DNA of 63,554 nt, filler included, from Hyphochytrium catenoides (Eukaryota; Protista; Hyphochytriomycota), in assembly GCA_900088475.1 (NCBI GenBank). It is 15 parts of 15 records of this genome, joined end to end, with 100 filler letters (N's around TTAATTAATTAA, not from the genome) between each part and the next. Parts side by side here need not be neighbours in the genome. Positions count along the whole stretch, not along the records: positions 22,165 to 40,423 come from FLMG01003799.1; 14 more parts are not named here. The stretch is one strand, 5' to 3'. The notes under the pieces are model-generated. The model did no database searches. It was given only the letters and a program-made list of their open reading frames with translations, and had not been told where the DNA came from. The position numbers and the translations under genes were made by a program. This document shows, piece by piece, positions 22,306 through 35,573 of this stretch (the first letter of the stretch is position 1; each line of letters opens with the position of its first letter).

Positions 22306-25300
22306 GTCCGTGTTTTCTATGATGCGCGTGCATCCTCATACCTCCACCCTTTTCTCTCCTCGTGGCCCAACGTCGTGGAGTGGACGCTCAGTGGGTCTGA
22401 GGCACAGGACGAAGACCTTTCTCAATCTATCAAGATTCGATCGTTCCTTGATATGCTGCAGGTGCACCAACGTGATCATGCAACACCAGAGATGGACACG
22501 GAAGAGAGAGATGAAAGAAAGAAAGGAGAGGCATGGCGCAGACAGAGAGAGAGAGAGAGAGAGAAAGACGGGGAACGAAGGGTGGCTGGTGCTGTCACTG
22601 GGTAGAAGCGAAAGTGAACTAAGAGCTAAACGCGCCTGAGAAACCAGCAGGAAGGGAAACCAGCACGGGCCTATAACCTAACAGAAGCTCTAAACACTGT
22701 TTCCCCTCGTCTTTCTAACATTCTCACAGGGATTAGAGGCCATCGGTGTCACAGCTGGTCCGGACGGGATGGCCGTTGAGAAGTGGCCACTGATTCAGAC
22801 ATTTGGCCTTCAGTCCATTCAGAACAAGGGCTTCTTCACCATGAATCACAAGGTGAAAGACGTCTCAGAAGCAGTGACCGAGCTCTTTAGACAGAGTGAT
22901 GCCTTTTACCTTCGGTCACTGCTTACTGGCGGTCTGCCAGGACTGGAAAGACCTTGGAAAGAGATGATCCATCTTCTAGACGCGGCGAAAAGTCCGGAGG
23001 ACCGAGGAGCGTTGTCGGAGCAAGATCTTGGAGATCCCATCATCACTGCTTATGAGTTTGGACAGGTAGATCCATACCACTTTGATCATGATCAAAAGGA
23101 GACAGGGCACTTTACGAGAGAGAGAATGAGGGAGAAAATGGCCAACCATGAAAGAGGAGCCTTTATGCTTCTTTCTTTTTGCTAGAATTTCCTCATGCCG
23201 TTTCTTACCTGTCACTCCGTTCCAACAGATTCGTCAGGCAACGTTTGCAACCAAAGCAGACGGTACCCGCGGATCGCGCGTGTTCTTTGGCATACGGACG
23301 AACCTTCTCTTTCAAGACAGTGGAGCTTTGAAGGTTGAGGACAGTTCTGATAGCGCCAGTATAGCAACTGCAGGCGTAGGCGGAGGGCCCGCTCTGCATG
23401 GTACATTCGAGGGAGAAGATCCTTACTACGGTCTCAGAGCGGCACGAAGCTACTTCTTTTCCTATGGAAAGCTTCCTTCTCTATCTCTTGAAGGTGTTGC
23501 TGCCCAGAGTTATGAGACAAAACACTTCCAGCTCCTTACTGAACTTTACCGCGCTACCTGCAAGGTGCTGTCTAAGCAGAAGAAGTTGAGATAGACGCAG
23601 TATCCTCTAGTAAAGAGAGGCACGCTGTCAGGGACGGTGCCATAAAGAGAGAAAGAGAGACAGAGACACACAGAGCGGAAAAAGAAGAGAAAGAGAGAGA
23701 GAGAGAGAGACAGAGAGAGCTGACTAGTGGACGGCACTGCCATAGGATAGAGGGTCCATCGACTTGAAACCCTGCTATTGATACTCCTTCTTTGGGCTTC
23801 AGCATTTGGTCAATCTTACCATGTCGTCTTTCCCCTAGTGTCTTAATTGCATTCTTACCTCTCCCTTCATCCTGTTGTAAGGCCCTCTCACGCCTTCTAC
23901 TATGTTGCTCTTGCTCTGCCCCATGCTGCGTCCGCCTAGGCTGTCTCTGCCGCTGGGTTAGCCTATGCGTCTCTCTTCAAAGCGGCTCCGTTATTTTCTC
24001 GCATTGTGCTTCACGTGGTCGAAGATGCCGCCCAACGTGCAATGAAGGAAGAGATAGCCTCGGCAATCAAGGCCGGGAAGAATGAACTTCTCGGTTCAGG
24101 TAGGAGGCAGAAAAGCTGCTCCTTAGGTTGATTTTACGGCGTCCAGCAAAGCGTTGTATGCGCATTGCTTACCTTCTTCTGGCCGCCACTCCTCCTCTAG
24201 CACAATCCCTGAAATAGTTTGTACCACTTCCCACTTCCGTCCTGCTTCCTTCTTCCTCCAGTGACCCCGCAGTTCTTGGAGTCCAATATGAACATTGTGG
24301 TCTCAAGGGTTAATGCTGCTGGACAGGATGTGGACCATAGTTATCGAGGTACATATAGGAGACAAAGGCGTGTAGAGAGAATAAACGGGGGAGAGATTGA
24401 GAACACGGAGAAAGGAGAGAGACAATCACGGGACGTTGTGAAAGTGAGGCTAGCACCTTAAGAAGATATTGGTTGAGGAAGATATGGTGTCATGCCTTCC
24501 CTCTTGACTTCCTCTTCCTCACCTTCCCGCCAGGGCGCAAGCTCGTCTACATCAGGGTTACCCTTGGAAACATCCCCACTTTGGAGGACTCGTTATCCTC
24601 CCCTTACCTGGGAGCTGTCACCTGTGGGGACACGTTCTTCGTCCCATCTAATGGCGTTGGAAGCCTGAACTTGACTGCTCACATCCCGGTCGTTGGTCGT
24701 TGGTCAACTCTTCCTCTTGAGGGACAAATAGCTAAGGCGTTAGAGAAGCAGTATGTTAACTATGGGCATCAGCAAAACACCTTCAAACTGGGCAGAGGGC
24801 TCGGTAGCGCCATCAATGGAGTTCACATCCTACTGGACTCTGAGGTAGGCCACTCGCTTATTATGCTGACATTGTGTTGGGCTATATACATGTTGTCTTC
24901 CCTATTTTCTACCTTTCATCTTCCCTTCCAACACCTGCAAGCTTGTGACTCTTAGCAAACAGCATTCGAATCTTTTACATTGACCTCGTTGCACTCACAT
25001 TGCACTGAACTGTGCTGCACTACATATCTGTACGTCTTTCGTTCCCTCTTCCCCAGGACATGCCTCATGCGACTGGATCCCTACTGCCTTTTGAGACTGG
25101 CTTCGTCTTCGTCTGTCCTTCGTTCGCCCCAATGATTGTTTCCTTCGTGAAAGACACTGACAATCTGCAGGTGAGCTGCTTTCGTCTTGCAAAATGCGTT
25201 AATCCTTTGCAGTCTTCCTCTATGTCTCGCTCTGTCTGTGCCTCTTTCTGTTTGTCTCTCTGATAACCTAAGACTGCTCTGTTCTCTGACGTTTCAATCA

Positions 25301-28300
25301 CGTCTTCATTTTCCATAGTATTATGTTTGAAGACTCCCCTCGTAGTCATCTCTCTGTCTAACCATTCTCCTGCTGATTCAATGGCACTAGGTGTATAATG
25401 TCTCACTATCGGCACCAGGCACCAGCAGTGGGGTTGATGGGGCTACCATGGTACTCTATGTGGAATATAAGGCCAAAGATAATAACCCTACCACTGAAGT
25501 TACTGGTGGAGTCACGAGGGCTGCGGGTGTTGCGATACCTTTTGTTCCTGGTGCGTCTTATGCGGAGCCTAAGGGTTGAGAGAGTGGACGAAGAGACAGA
25601 GATGGAAAACCTTAGATGGAGCGAAAAGCGGTTAAGAGTGGTGTCCATTGGAGAAAGCAATTGAAAGGGAAAGGGGGAATAATATTAGTGGCAGGCAGCA
25701 TAATATCAAGGACCAAGGGGAGCGCGAGGTTTGGAGAGAGGGAGATAGAAACCTGTTGAGGAAGGCCTTCTAATTACTTAAAAACCCTGTCTGTAGACAC
25801 GACTGCCTTTCGCCGTCTTCTGGACGTTCTGCCTGAGTGGAGAGCAAACGCCAAGCTAAACGGTATCACCTATGAGCTGGACAGAGATATTCATCCAGAG
25901 CGCCTTCCCTCTCCGAGGCTCGTGGCAGCATTCTCTACCCTGTTTGGGCTGCGACGGAAGGAGGAGCAGGAGAGCCTGATCGGGAGAGCCTTTATTGAGG
26001 ACGTCCAGGAGGTAAGACCAACTGTTATGAGGCCTATGTCATTGGCTGAGGAGGATCTCATGGGATCAGGCGCTAAGTTTTCTGTCGCTTGTGCAGATCT
26101 CTGGGGTCAAGATTGACGAACAATCCGCTACCGCTGATGAAACCGCAAGTTCAAAGACTCCACTGACTGTCTTCCTCGGTCTTCCCGGCTCCGATGCTGC
26201 CATGCTGGCAGATGGGCTCATGGACATCACTTCAGGTTCGATCCAGCCTTTGTGAAGCCTCTTTCCTTAACCTGACCTCTCCTATAGCGCTATGATCTTA
26301 CTTTCACTTTCACAAGTGTTCTTGATCCTACATATCTCTTGCCGACTCCTGCTAACATCTACCCTTCATAGCTTCGATATCTTGGACAAGAGTCACAGTT
26401 GATGGGCTTAGCAAATCCACTACAGGTGAGTGGCTGGCAGGTGGCTAGACCGTGAATGGAAAGCCATGAAAGGAATAGAAAGGAAGAGACCTGAAGAGCT
26501 AGATGGCTCCCATATAAAGTGACCAACTTTGGATAGATTCTGTACGGGAGCCATTGTCAGTACGGGAAGCTAAGATGTACTCCCACATGTAGGCGACGGC
26601 TACCACCCGGACGATGTGCGAGAGAGTTTAAGGAAGGGAATTGAGGCACTAAGCGGCAGCAAAACGTCCTCTATCCCTCAGCGACTCCTTCTTTCTGTCA
26701 CGGGGTTTTTCGACCCGGTGGACGTCCTTGGACTCGTCCTCTGTGACCCTTACCTGAAGGAAAGACTTCATATCTTTTCTGTGGTCACCAATATTTCCGC
26801 TTCCAGCCTCTATAGAGATCCACGACAGTCTTCCCTTCTTCCTCGTTTACTAGACCAGTGCCAACGCGGATGGTGCGATGTGGTTGTGATCACCAAAGGA
26901 GACATGCTATCCGAGGTAAGAGACTTGACAGGGACCTAGAACCAATGCTTGAGGAGACATGACGGATAAATTCTCTGGAAAAGGAGGAGAAGTCTTGGCG
27001 CCTTTTCGCCTAACATGAGTACTTTGCTGTTTGTCCGGGAGCAATAGAAGATGTCGATGTCAATCTAGTCCTCTCAATCTTTTCTTCAATGCTCCTGTGT
27101 ATCTGCAATGACCTTGCTCCCAGGACGAGTTTGCCACCATGAAGAAGCGAGTTCATGAAGCCAACCCTGAGGCGGAACTGATCTGCTTCCGCTCGGATGT
27201 CATTGAGGGTTCCACAGGGCTAATGACCAGGGACAGCTTCCACTCCAACGCCAAAGAGCAGCTGCGGAGAATACTATACGCGGGCTTCAACAAGGTAAAT
27301 CAGATGACGCAGATCATCTCAGCATTAGGACCATGTTCCTCTCGAACTTTGTTTACTGCTGGCCTTTTGTTTCTATCTTGCCCTCTCTCGTCTTCTCTAT
27401 GCGCTCCTTATTCGGTACATTCTGGCATTTGACCCTTGTCCAGGTTGTGCCTAAGTCCAAGTTCGCGGTCGACGTCAAATGGGCTGGGGCAGGAGGCGCA
27501 GTCAAGACCCTTGTCCTCAAGAAGGGTAAGCGAGAAGCAGGACTGTCTTTATATCTTTTCTTCCCAGTCTTCGAGCATCCCAATTTTTCTAGACGATTTA
27601 CTCCTCACTCCTGTCAGGCCGGTCATAGCTCTTAACAAGTCAGCAATCCTTGTTTCCACCTTAGAGGTGGTCTAATCTTTTCCTCTCCGATTGTGATTGA
27701 TCTTGCTCACTCTCTACGGTCGTCGCCTGCGGCCACTGCGCGCCCTTACCTCAACAGCTGGACTTTTCGACAGAACGAGGCTCTTAGCGTACCTCACGGC
27801 CTTGACTCCCAAAGCTAGAGTGATATCCTCTCTTCCTCCCACTGGAAGACGTGAAGGAGAGAGACCGTCGATCGTTCCCAAGAGCGACGGAACCAAGCCT
27901 GTCGGAGCACTTAGACTCATGCAGCAGCTAGCGGAGATGAAAGTTCAAGAAGAACTCGTAAGCACACGTTTCCTGAAAAGAGTTTGTTCTCGTCAATCTT
28001 TTTTATTTACCGAAAGGGATTATGGGTCTCTAAAGAACCACGTCCGTTTGCTCTCACTGTCTCAAAATCCGCATCTCTATTAAATCTCCGCAGCGACCTT
28101 CAGCGCCTGTGGAGCCTGCCGTCGCCTCCAAGGCTGCCACCGTTGAGAAAGTTGGAAAGTGAGTCAGAAGCTTTGTGCATCTAGCGCATCCCAACTGTCC
28201 TCTTCCTTGTTACCTCTTGCCCCTGTCATGACCCAATCAGTAGGGACGATTAGCTCTGGCGGTATCGTTATCTAGCCTCGTGTCAGGTTATTGATCCCTC

Positions 28301-29085
28301 CCCTTTGTCTTTCGATAGGTGCTGGGTTCTCCGCGCTTATGTTCGCCTGACCGAGGATCCCCAGCACTGGGTGGAGGTTCAGAGCTCTCAGCGGCTTGTA
28401 ACAGTACGCCGTGCTTCCCCGCCAGAAGAGTGCCACCAGGTAAGGGAGATAGAGGAAGAAGATAAAGCCCATACAACTATTGCAAGAACGGGTTGAGGGA
28501 GCCAGTCGTAGGGGGCTGGTAGCGCTGTGGCCGCGTTGGCGTTTATTTCTGTTTGCTATCAGCTTTCATAACCTGGCTTTTGAACAGAATAAGGAGTCCG
28601 TCTTTGCTTTTGTTGGGGAATCGTTATTATTGGACGGAGTGGAGATGCTTATCGCCGAATGCCGACCTGAGTATAAGACGAAGCGACAGCCGCGCACCCT
28701 CTCGTCCATCACGCCAGAAGAGAAGCACAAGATAGCTCAGGCGGTGGTAAGGAACCCTACGCCTTGTCGTCAGTCAATCCTTATGCCAATATCGCTTTCA
28801 CGAGCTGAAAGCTCGTCATCTAACCGCTCATACATATTCTCTACGCTGGACCTCGCCCACTGACGATGTCTTGCGCTTAATCTCTTTTAGATGGGCCTCC
28901 CTGTCCCGGAGGGTTACTTCTACGATGGCCGGATGTATGTGGACCAATATGGAGTTGGGCGAGAGGAACACCCTGCTATCACTGAGTATTGTGAGCAATA
29001 TTTGGAGGAAGAGAATGAGAAGATCCGCGAAGAAAACAAGAGGATAGACGAGGAAAACAGTCGGATCAAGCTATCGATGAGCTAG
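22306..29085 (+). CDS. DNAAF9: Dynein axonemal assembly factor 9 / Shulin (C20orf194 homolog), many exons, 5' truncated
   Basis: Motifs: KIRSFLDML, VEKWPLIQTFGL..GFFTM, RAARSYFF, LGAVTCGDTF, degenerate P-loop VFLGLPGS, LPRLLDQCQRGW, and C-terminal PVPEGYFYDGRMYVDQYG..HP..EQYLEEENEKI. GT-AG exons are in phase where checked. Ends in TAG. Confidence 0.85.
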
Positions 29086-29321
29086 CTCTTTATCTTAAGT
29101 CTTACTATACAGTCGGTCACGTCAGAGGAAGGGGGTTAGAGGGATATAGGTTCCGAGAAGGACAGCGAGGGCCAAAGAGAGGGTAGCCTTTCAGCCACGT
29201 GCAAGTGCTTGAAGCACAGCTATATGTTGACTCAATATCATAAATACAGGGTGAGATAGATCTGTGGATCTGTGTGCCGTCGCTGATGGTCTGTCCTCTC
29301 TGCCTGTCTATTCTCCCTTGC

Positions 29322-32207
29322 TTAGACTCCCTGCCTTAAAATAATGAGGCTGTGACTTCCTCCTGCTGCTACCTGGGCGACTGGGATCTTTGTTTCACTC
29401 AGCCGTTGGACGTTGACAGGGAGAGAGTGCGATGATGTCTCTCCTGTTCCTAGTCTGCCAAACCTGTTGCAAACAAAGAAGATGGATGAAGGGAAGTGTT
29501 ATTGAAACACTCCCTATTGCCAGGCTTTCCTGCACCTATCTCCGCCTCATGATGTCCTATCGTCAGTCACCTTTCCCCTCTCTTCTTTCCCTTATTTGTA
29601 CTGAGTAGCATAAGCTGTCCTATCTCTCTGGATTGCCTCAAAGGTCTACCTTGCTTGCACACTTACATCCCTCTACCGCAGGCCTTGATAGTAGAGCTGT
29701 CCTTTTCTAAAAAGAGTGAGTGGGAGCCCCCAGCTTGAGCTGAGATGACGTTGTTTTCCAGAGAATCTACCTGCACCAACCAACACTTGAGACTTCTGCC
29801 GCAACCTGAGCGCTCAAAGTAGCCTTTATGTGTCTCTTCCTTGAATCCGCGCAACTTTCCATTCGCCTCTTATCTCTATCTCTTTTGTTCTAAGGTTTCC
29901 TTCTGGGTGTCAGCAGAGTGTTTTACATCTTAGGTTTGGGCTCACCTTCGCTGGAATCAGTCTGCCTCTATCGTCTCCTAACCCTAATCGGCCATACTCG
30001 CCTGCACACGAAGGAGCGAGAAGAATGACTGTCGTGTGACTGTCGCCCTAAAATTTCATCGTTCATGAGGTCTTTAGGTGATTGTACCTCTTCCCCAGGC
30101 ATAAACCTCGTTGTCTTCTGACACTGCGATTGTGTGCCATCCGCCACAAGAAACGCTTCTGTAGATAAGGACGAAGAGGGTTCAGAGAGAGAGAGAGGAG
30201 GTAGCATACACAACCCGTCCATCCTCCTTAACATAGAAAGAAATATGGAGTTCCGGACATGGATACGGACGGAAGAAGAAGAGAGAAAATGCATTGAGAT
30301 CTTTGGCGCGACGGCCGAGGGCTCGGTAAGTGGACGAATCTGTTCACACTTGCCTCATTTTTACGTTGGTGAACTCTTGGACCAGCTGAGGAGTGTCCTG
30401 GTCTTTTGTGTGGCCGATTCCCAACATTCCATAGTCCTCTTTGCCCCACCTAACCCAAAAGCACAGACAGACTTATCAGGGGTTTGATTCGGAGGACTTG
30501 GCGAGCAATCTTATCAGAGCTTGATAAGAGATACAGAAGGAACATCAGAGACCGGACCGAAACAAGGGCAAATCGAACAACGCGCCAGTCTACCACCCAT
30601 CACAATCTAAAGAGCCAACCTTTCGTAAAGGTAGTAAAAGAAGAGGTAAAAGAGCTTAGGTGAGAGACAACCATAGGCACGAAAGGACCACAAAAGGAAC
30701 AGGAACACTAAGGCGGAAGTCTCCTCACGTGTATAGTTCTCCGTCGTCAGTAACAACTGCCGTGTGAAAGGCTCCGCAAGAAAGTTGCTTAGCTTTCTTC
30801 TCGTTATCCTTTAGCTTTTGCACCAGCTGAGGAGAAGAGATACCGACTGAGGAAAGCCCACCAACTCTATTGATCCATTCTGGCCCGATGCCTAGCTGGC
30901 CATTATCAGCCCGTCCCCAGGTATAGACGGCACCTGCGTCTAGAACCCGCGAAGGTTAGGCCCGAAGAGCGTAGACAGACACTAGGTACTCATAAGACAA
31001 TCCCGCGGCCTCACTGAGCTTCCTCCTAGTTCTCTACCTGTAATGACGCCCGTGTGTGTCCCTCCGCAACTGATCTGTCTGCATTTGATTGAATTATCTA
31101 GAGCAGGCATCTGTGGGAGGAACTCCTTAGATTTTATATGGGACGGGCCAAGACCCAGCTGTCCCCAACGGGCTTCTCCCCACACGTAGCATATTCCTAA
31201 AAAAGCAGAGGAAGGCAAAGATCAGACTTCTTTTGCTATTCAGTGTAGAAGCTAGTCCTCTGGCGTGATGTAGGGTTAGCCAGCCCAAGTAACGGCAGCT
31301 AAGTATAAAGGTATATTAGGAAGCCAATTTGCTGAAGGAGCCACAGACTCTAAGAGGGTGGCTCGGACACGGCAGTATGGAGAGAGAGATTACTCATTAG
31401 GAGCGGAGTCGAGAAAGTGAGGGCTCACCGTTCTCTGCAACAGCCCCAGAATGGCAACCTCCCCCTGAAATAGCGACGACAGAGACATTCTGGTCTCTAA
31501 ACCATTGCACGAGCTTGGGCTTAGTGATAGTGATGTCATCGCCATGCCCCAACTGGCCCAGCTACTCCGAAAGCATGAGATAAAGAGCGGGAAGGAGAGA
31601 CAAGGCAAGCACAGATGAGGGGGCAAAGAACAAAGTGATTAACAGCAAGGGAGACAGATGGAGACGTGGCATAGAGAGAGTATGCCTAAAGCAAAGCAAT
31701 AGACGAAGCTTCGCTGGTGTATCATAAATAGTAGGTTAAGCAGTGCAGAACCGATGCGCAGGTTAGAGAAGGCCGTAGAACCGATCGTTCGTGCAGAAAG
31801 CAAGAAGTCGGGCGGCGCCACAGTACTCAAAAGGGGCAAGACTGACAAAGGAGGTGGAAAGGAGACAGCCTCAAAGCGAAGGTAGTTAGACTTAGAGCTA
31901 TGATAAGTGGGAGGAGGCCGCCTAACTTGACAAGCTCAAGCCAGTCATAGTGTTACTTGCTCCTGGCTCGGCTTACCTTTCCCCATCCCCACGTAAAGAC
32001 CTGTCCCTCATCTGTTAGTGCTAGACTGTGACGAGAACCGCAGGAGACAGCCCTCACAGGGAGAGATAGTAGACTAGTGATGATGGTTGGGGCTGTTACG
32101 CAGAGAGAGTCCTCTGTCTTACTTGGATTACGCTCGACAAAATCATCACCGAGACCTAGCTGACCGTCTTCATTATAGCCAAAGGAGAGAACGAGAGTAG
32201 TTACCAT
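29322..32207 (-). CDS. RCC1-repeat beta-propeller protein (UVR8-like fold, ~7 repeats)
   Basis: About 9 exons carrying FGYNEDGQLGLG, VSCGSRHSLAL..VFTWGWGKLGQLGHG, GGCHSG, CGGTHT, CGAFHT, CGGWHT..WGRGEYGRLGLG, AGGSHSL x2. TAA at 29324-29322. Confidence 0.92.
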
Positions 32208-33840
32208 CCTAGGGAATGCAAATGACGTCGGCTGATCGCGCTTTCTCTTCGCTGTGAAGAGACTTAGAGGTTATGATATCGGCTCCGCGATGCCGAGCAT
32301 AGGAGGCCAAGCGCATCTAATGGCAGACAATGACTGGACTCGGCGAGATAGAGAAAGAGACCGGCCGAGAGTTGAGAGCTCGATGTCCAGCTACACCGCG
32401 TCTGCAAGTGTCCAGAGCTTGATGAGCTGCTTGGGATGATGAGGTGGGACAAGCATGAGAAGAGTTTTTCTTGATGGACAGGGCAAGACAGAGAAACAAA
32501 ATTACTAGGAATATAACTGTCATTGAATATCTAGAGAGCAGAGGACTTTGGGTCTTGGAGGAAGGCGGAGTTCCAATCAGGGCTCAAGAGAAGGAATTTT
32601 CGGTACTTTTGTTTGCGTTGATCTTACTTTCGGCGGTGCTTTGAGGCGCATAGTCTGCTGGGCTGCAGTAGTTTACCTTGTGTAATTTGGGGAGTTACTG
32701 AGCTCAAACAAGAAGGTTCTGAATTAACCTCGGCACTTGCTCGAACTTACACCATCTGTCCTTTCGTCATCATCCAGTCCACCATCGCTGCCCTTCAATC
32801 CGTGAGATGAGCATCATCTCCACCATCGCGCCGGATGCTGTCTGGGCTCATAGAAGCAGACCAGCGAGTGTCTGGTGAGAAGAAGGAGAGACGCAGGCTC
32901 CATTTCAATGGTCACGCCCTTCTTGAGAGGCCTGTAAGGAAGATGCTCTATGGATAACGTGAGGGGGGCGTATCTTTCGGCGTAGACGACGTCGGAGGAG
33001 GGGGATAATAGTGTGACCACTCCTAAGCCGAAAGTGCTGAGGAGTATGGATTGCTAGACTTCTGTGGACCGCCTAGATGAGCAAGGCTGTGATAGGTGAG
33101 ACTTCTTCCTCCACAAGAGAGCATAGGATCCCTAGCGTAGAGAAACGCTCTCTCACTCTCTCGCTGTCTCCCCTTTTACGAAGCCTTGAGATTTTTCTTC
33201 TTGTCTTGACCCTAGTTTAGACATTTCCATTCTCAGCGCTGGACCTCTTTTCCATGCCTGTCTCCGGTCCCAAAATGATGACTGAGATTGAGGTAGAGCA
33301 GGTTTTGATTTTACGATAGTGACTCTTCTCTCGGGTCAACTAGGTCGATCTTACGATTTTTTGCTCTTCATACTATAGGAATTTGTACACAGCTTCATGT
33401 GGTACACGGCGCCCGAGCAATGCTGTCCTCATTCCTTCTTTTTCATAGGCACTCACGACCCTAAGCCTTTGGTTCCATATCTATCACCAAGCCTTTCTCT
33501 GGACTTGCTTGGAGATGGCATAGTATTAGAGTGAGACGGCCGACATACACGCCACTCGGCTCCGCCAACAAAGCGATAAATCTATTATGTCGCCTGGTCT
33601 TGCCATTATTGAGTATCCCGACTGGCGGCAAGGAGCGCCCTCTTTGCGACGACCCTTATGTAAACTAGGCACTAGCTACTACTGACCTCCAATGCACTTG
33701 TACGCATTGCAACATAAAGTTTTGGTCCACAAACGGTCTTACAATCAGGACACTCGTGCTTGAGAACTTAGCTTGACTTTCTATAGTAGAGCTTCAGCAT
33801 CTTCACCGCATCTCGCATCCGAGGCTCCGTGAGGAGGCAT

Positions 33841-34944
33841 TTAATCCTTTTTCTGGCTCTCAAAGCTCTTCACAAGGGTTCCAACCTCAGTTGTGAAGCC
33901 TTCCTCATCAAAATGCCCCTCTTTGTCAAACCATTCTCCGACTGACCAGGTCTTTTCCACCTTGAAGGGTTTCTCCTTGGACAACTGCTCTATAGTAACG
34001 CTGTAGAATTCAGTAAAACGAGGAAGGGCGGTGCGAAGCGTGACTCCTGCTGAGACCTAGGATTATCGAGACATACAGTGCTATAAGAATGTGTACTAAT
34101 GTGACAGTAGAGAGCACAGAAGAGAAACGCACACACCAAGGGATAAGGAGTGACGGACAACGGAGGAGAGGAAGAATGACCCAGGAACAACAGAAGAGAG
34201 AGAAGGACTACAAGATCCCAAGATCGAGTAGCCCAAGAAGACAAAGGCAACCGTGAGAGCAGAAGATTGCATCATCAATTTCAGAGCAAACACTCTCCAT
34301 AGGTCGCTAATGTAAACAGTTGGGTACGTATGAGACAAAAAGACCTAAGGAGCGAATATATGGAAGGACCGAATATATGGAAGGACCATGGTGCTATCGG
34401 TAGACAGATAAGACAGGGTGTTGCAAGATGTGGTTCTGCCCTACCTTCTTCGGATGGAAGAAAGCTAGATTGTCACCCTCTACCGCCGCTATCCAATAAA
34501 ACAGGAGACCATTCAGGGCAAAGTATCTGCGTACAGGGCAGGACATTTGAGGTTTAGAAGGAGACGCGCCGAAAGAAGCCGACAAGACAAATCTATGGTC
34601 CTTACACGAGTGCACAAATGCCTAGAATGGGCCGGTTTTCGGGAAACGACACGGGAGCGAACTGAGCTAGAAGACTGACCGCGATAGCGGTGACCATAAT
34701 GAGGATCTTGATGTTGCTGTAGAAATGGTTTTCCGTGTATTCAGCTTCCAGGAGGCACTTAAAAGCCGCCTCGTCCAGCGCCTGCTTCAATGCCTGTGGA
34801 TCGCTAGTATTGTGCTTGGGGAGCTCTGAAAGAAGCGCAAAACCCTCTTAGCTTGTTTGTACGACTCTACCGGTACACGCTGATAATACCTGGCTCTGAG
34901 CTAGCAGGCTCCTCAGAGCTTGAGTTGCCCAGTACGTTCCCCAT
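33841..34944 (-). CDS. SPCS2: Signal peptidase complex subunit 2 (SPC25)
   Basis: Four exons: DPQALKQALDEA..YTENHFYSNIKILI..FPENRPILGICALVYFALNG..LPRFTEFYSVT..SVGEWFDKEG. This is the typical SPC25 motif order. Confidence 0.9.
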
Positions 34945-35573
34945 CGTCGTAGCTCGTGTCAGAAGAAAGGTAAGTGTGCTTGGTTCAGTCTCCAGCAAGG
35001 ATGGGCTTGTACAGATTTGAGGACAAGTGCAGTCAATGGCCTTGTAAAGTAGAGAAGCTGCACTGGCTGGATGCTTGTGGAGCTTATGCTGTTACGCGCT
35101 CCGCTGAAGGCTCAACACTTCCACACTCATAGAAATCCCTAGTGCCATCGCCTCAAGGCAAAACTTGCTCACAATCTGAGCTCTACCTATACACACGGAG
35201 TTGAGTCTATTTTGAATTATGCTCATTACTCTTTCGGTATCTGTAATGATAGTGGACAATTGTGTTCCTATTACCGATATGGAGCCTAAGGAAGATTTGA
35301 GGGTACAGGGTCTGTATGTGACATAAGGCCTTATCTTATTAGAGGACGGTAACAATGATAGAGATGGTGGAGAGTTTGAGAGCTGCTCAAAGCACTTGTC
35401 CAGAAGTCAAACACTGGGTATAGGGCCAAGACCCAAGACACAAGGAACGTAGAGGTCCAAGGAGCAGAAGCTGCCACAGAGCTCGTGAAAGGAACTTCAA
35501 GCACTATTGAAGTGCCGCTCTAGGACGTCCGCGGAAAGATTGTTCGTGCAGAGCGCGTCTTCCTTTAGAGGAG

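Noticed and set aside
29322-32207. True UVR8 UV-B photoreceptor
   Set aside because: It lacks the repeated GWRHT motifs and the C-terminal VP tail; only the generic RCC1 fold is supported.
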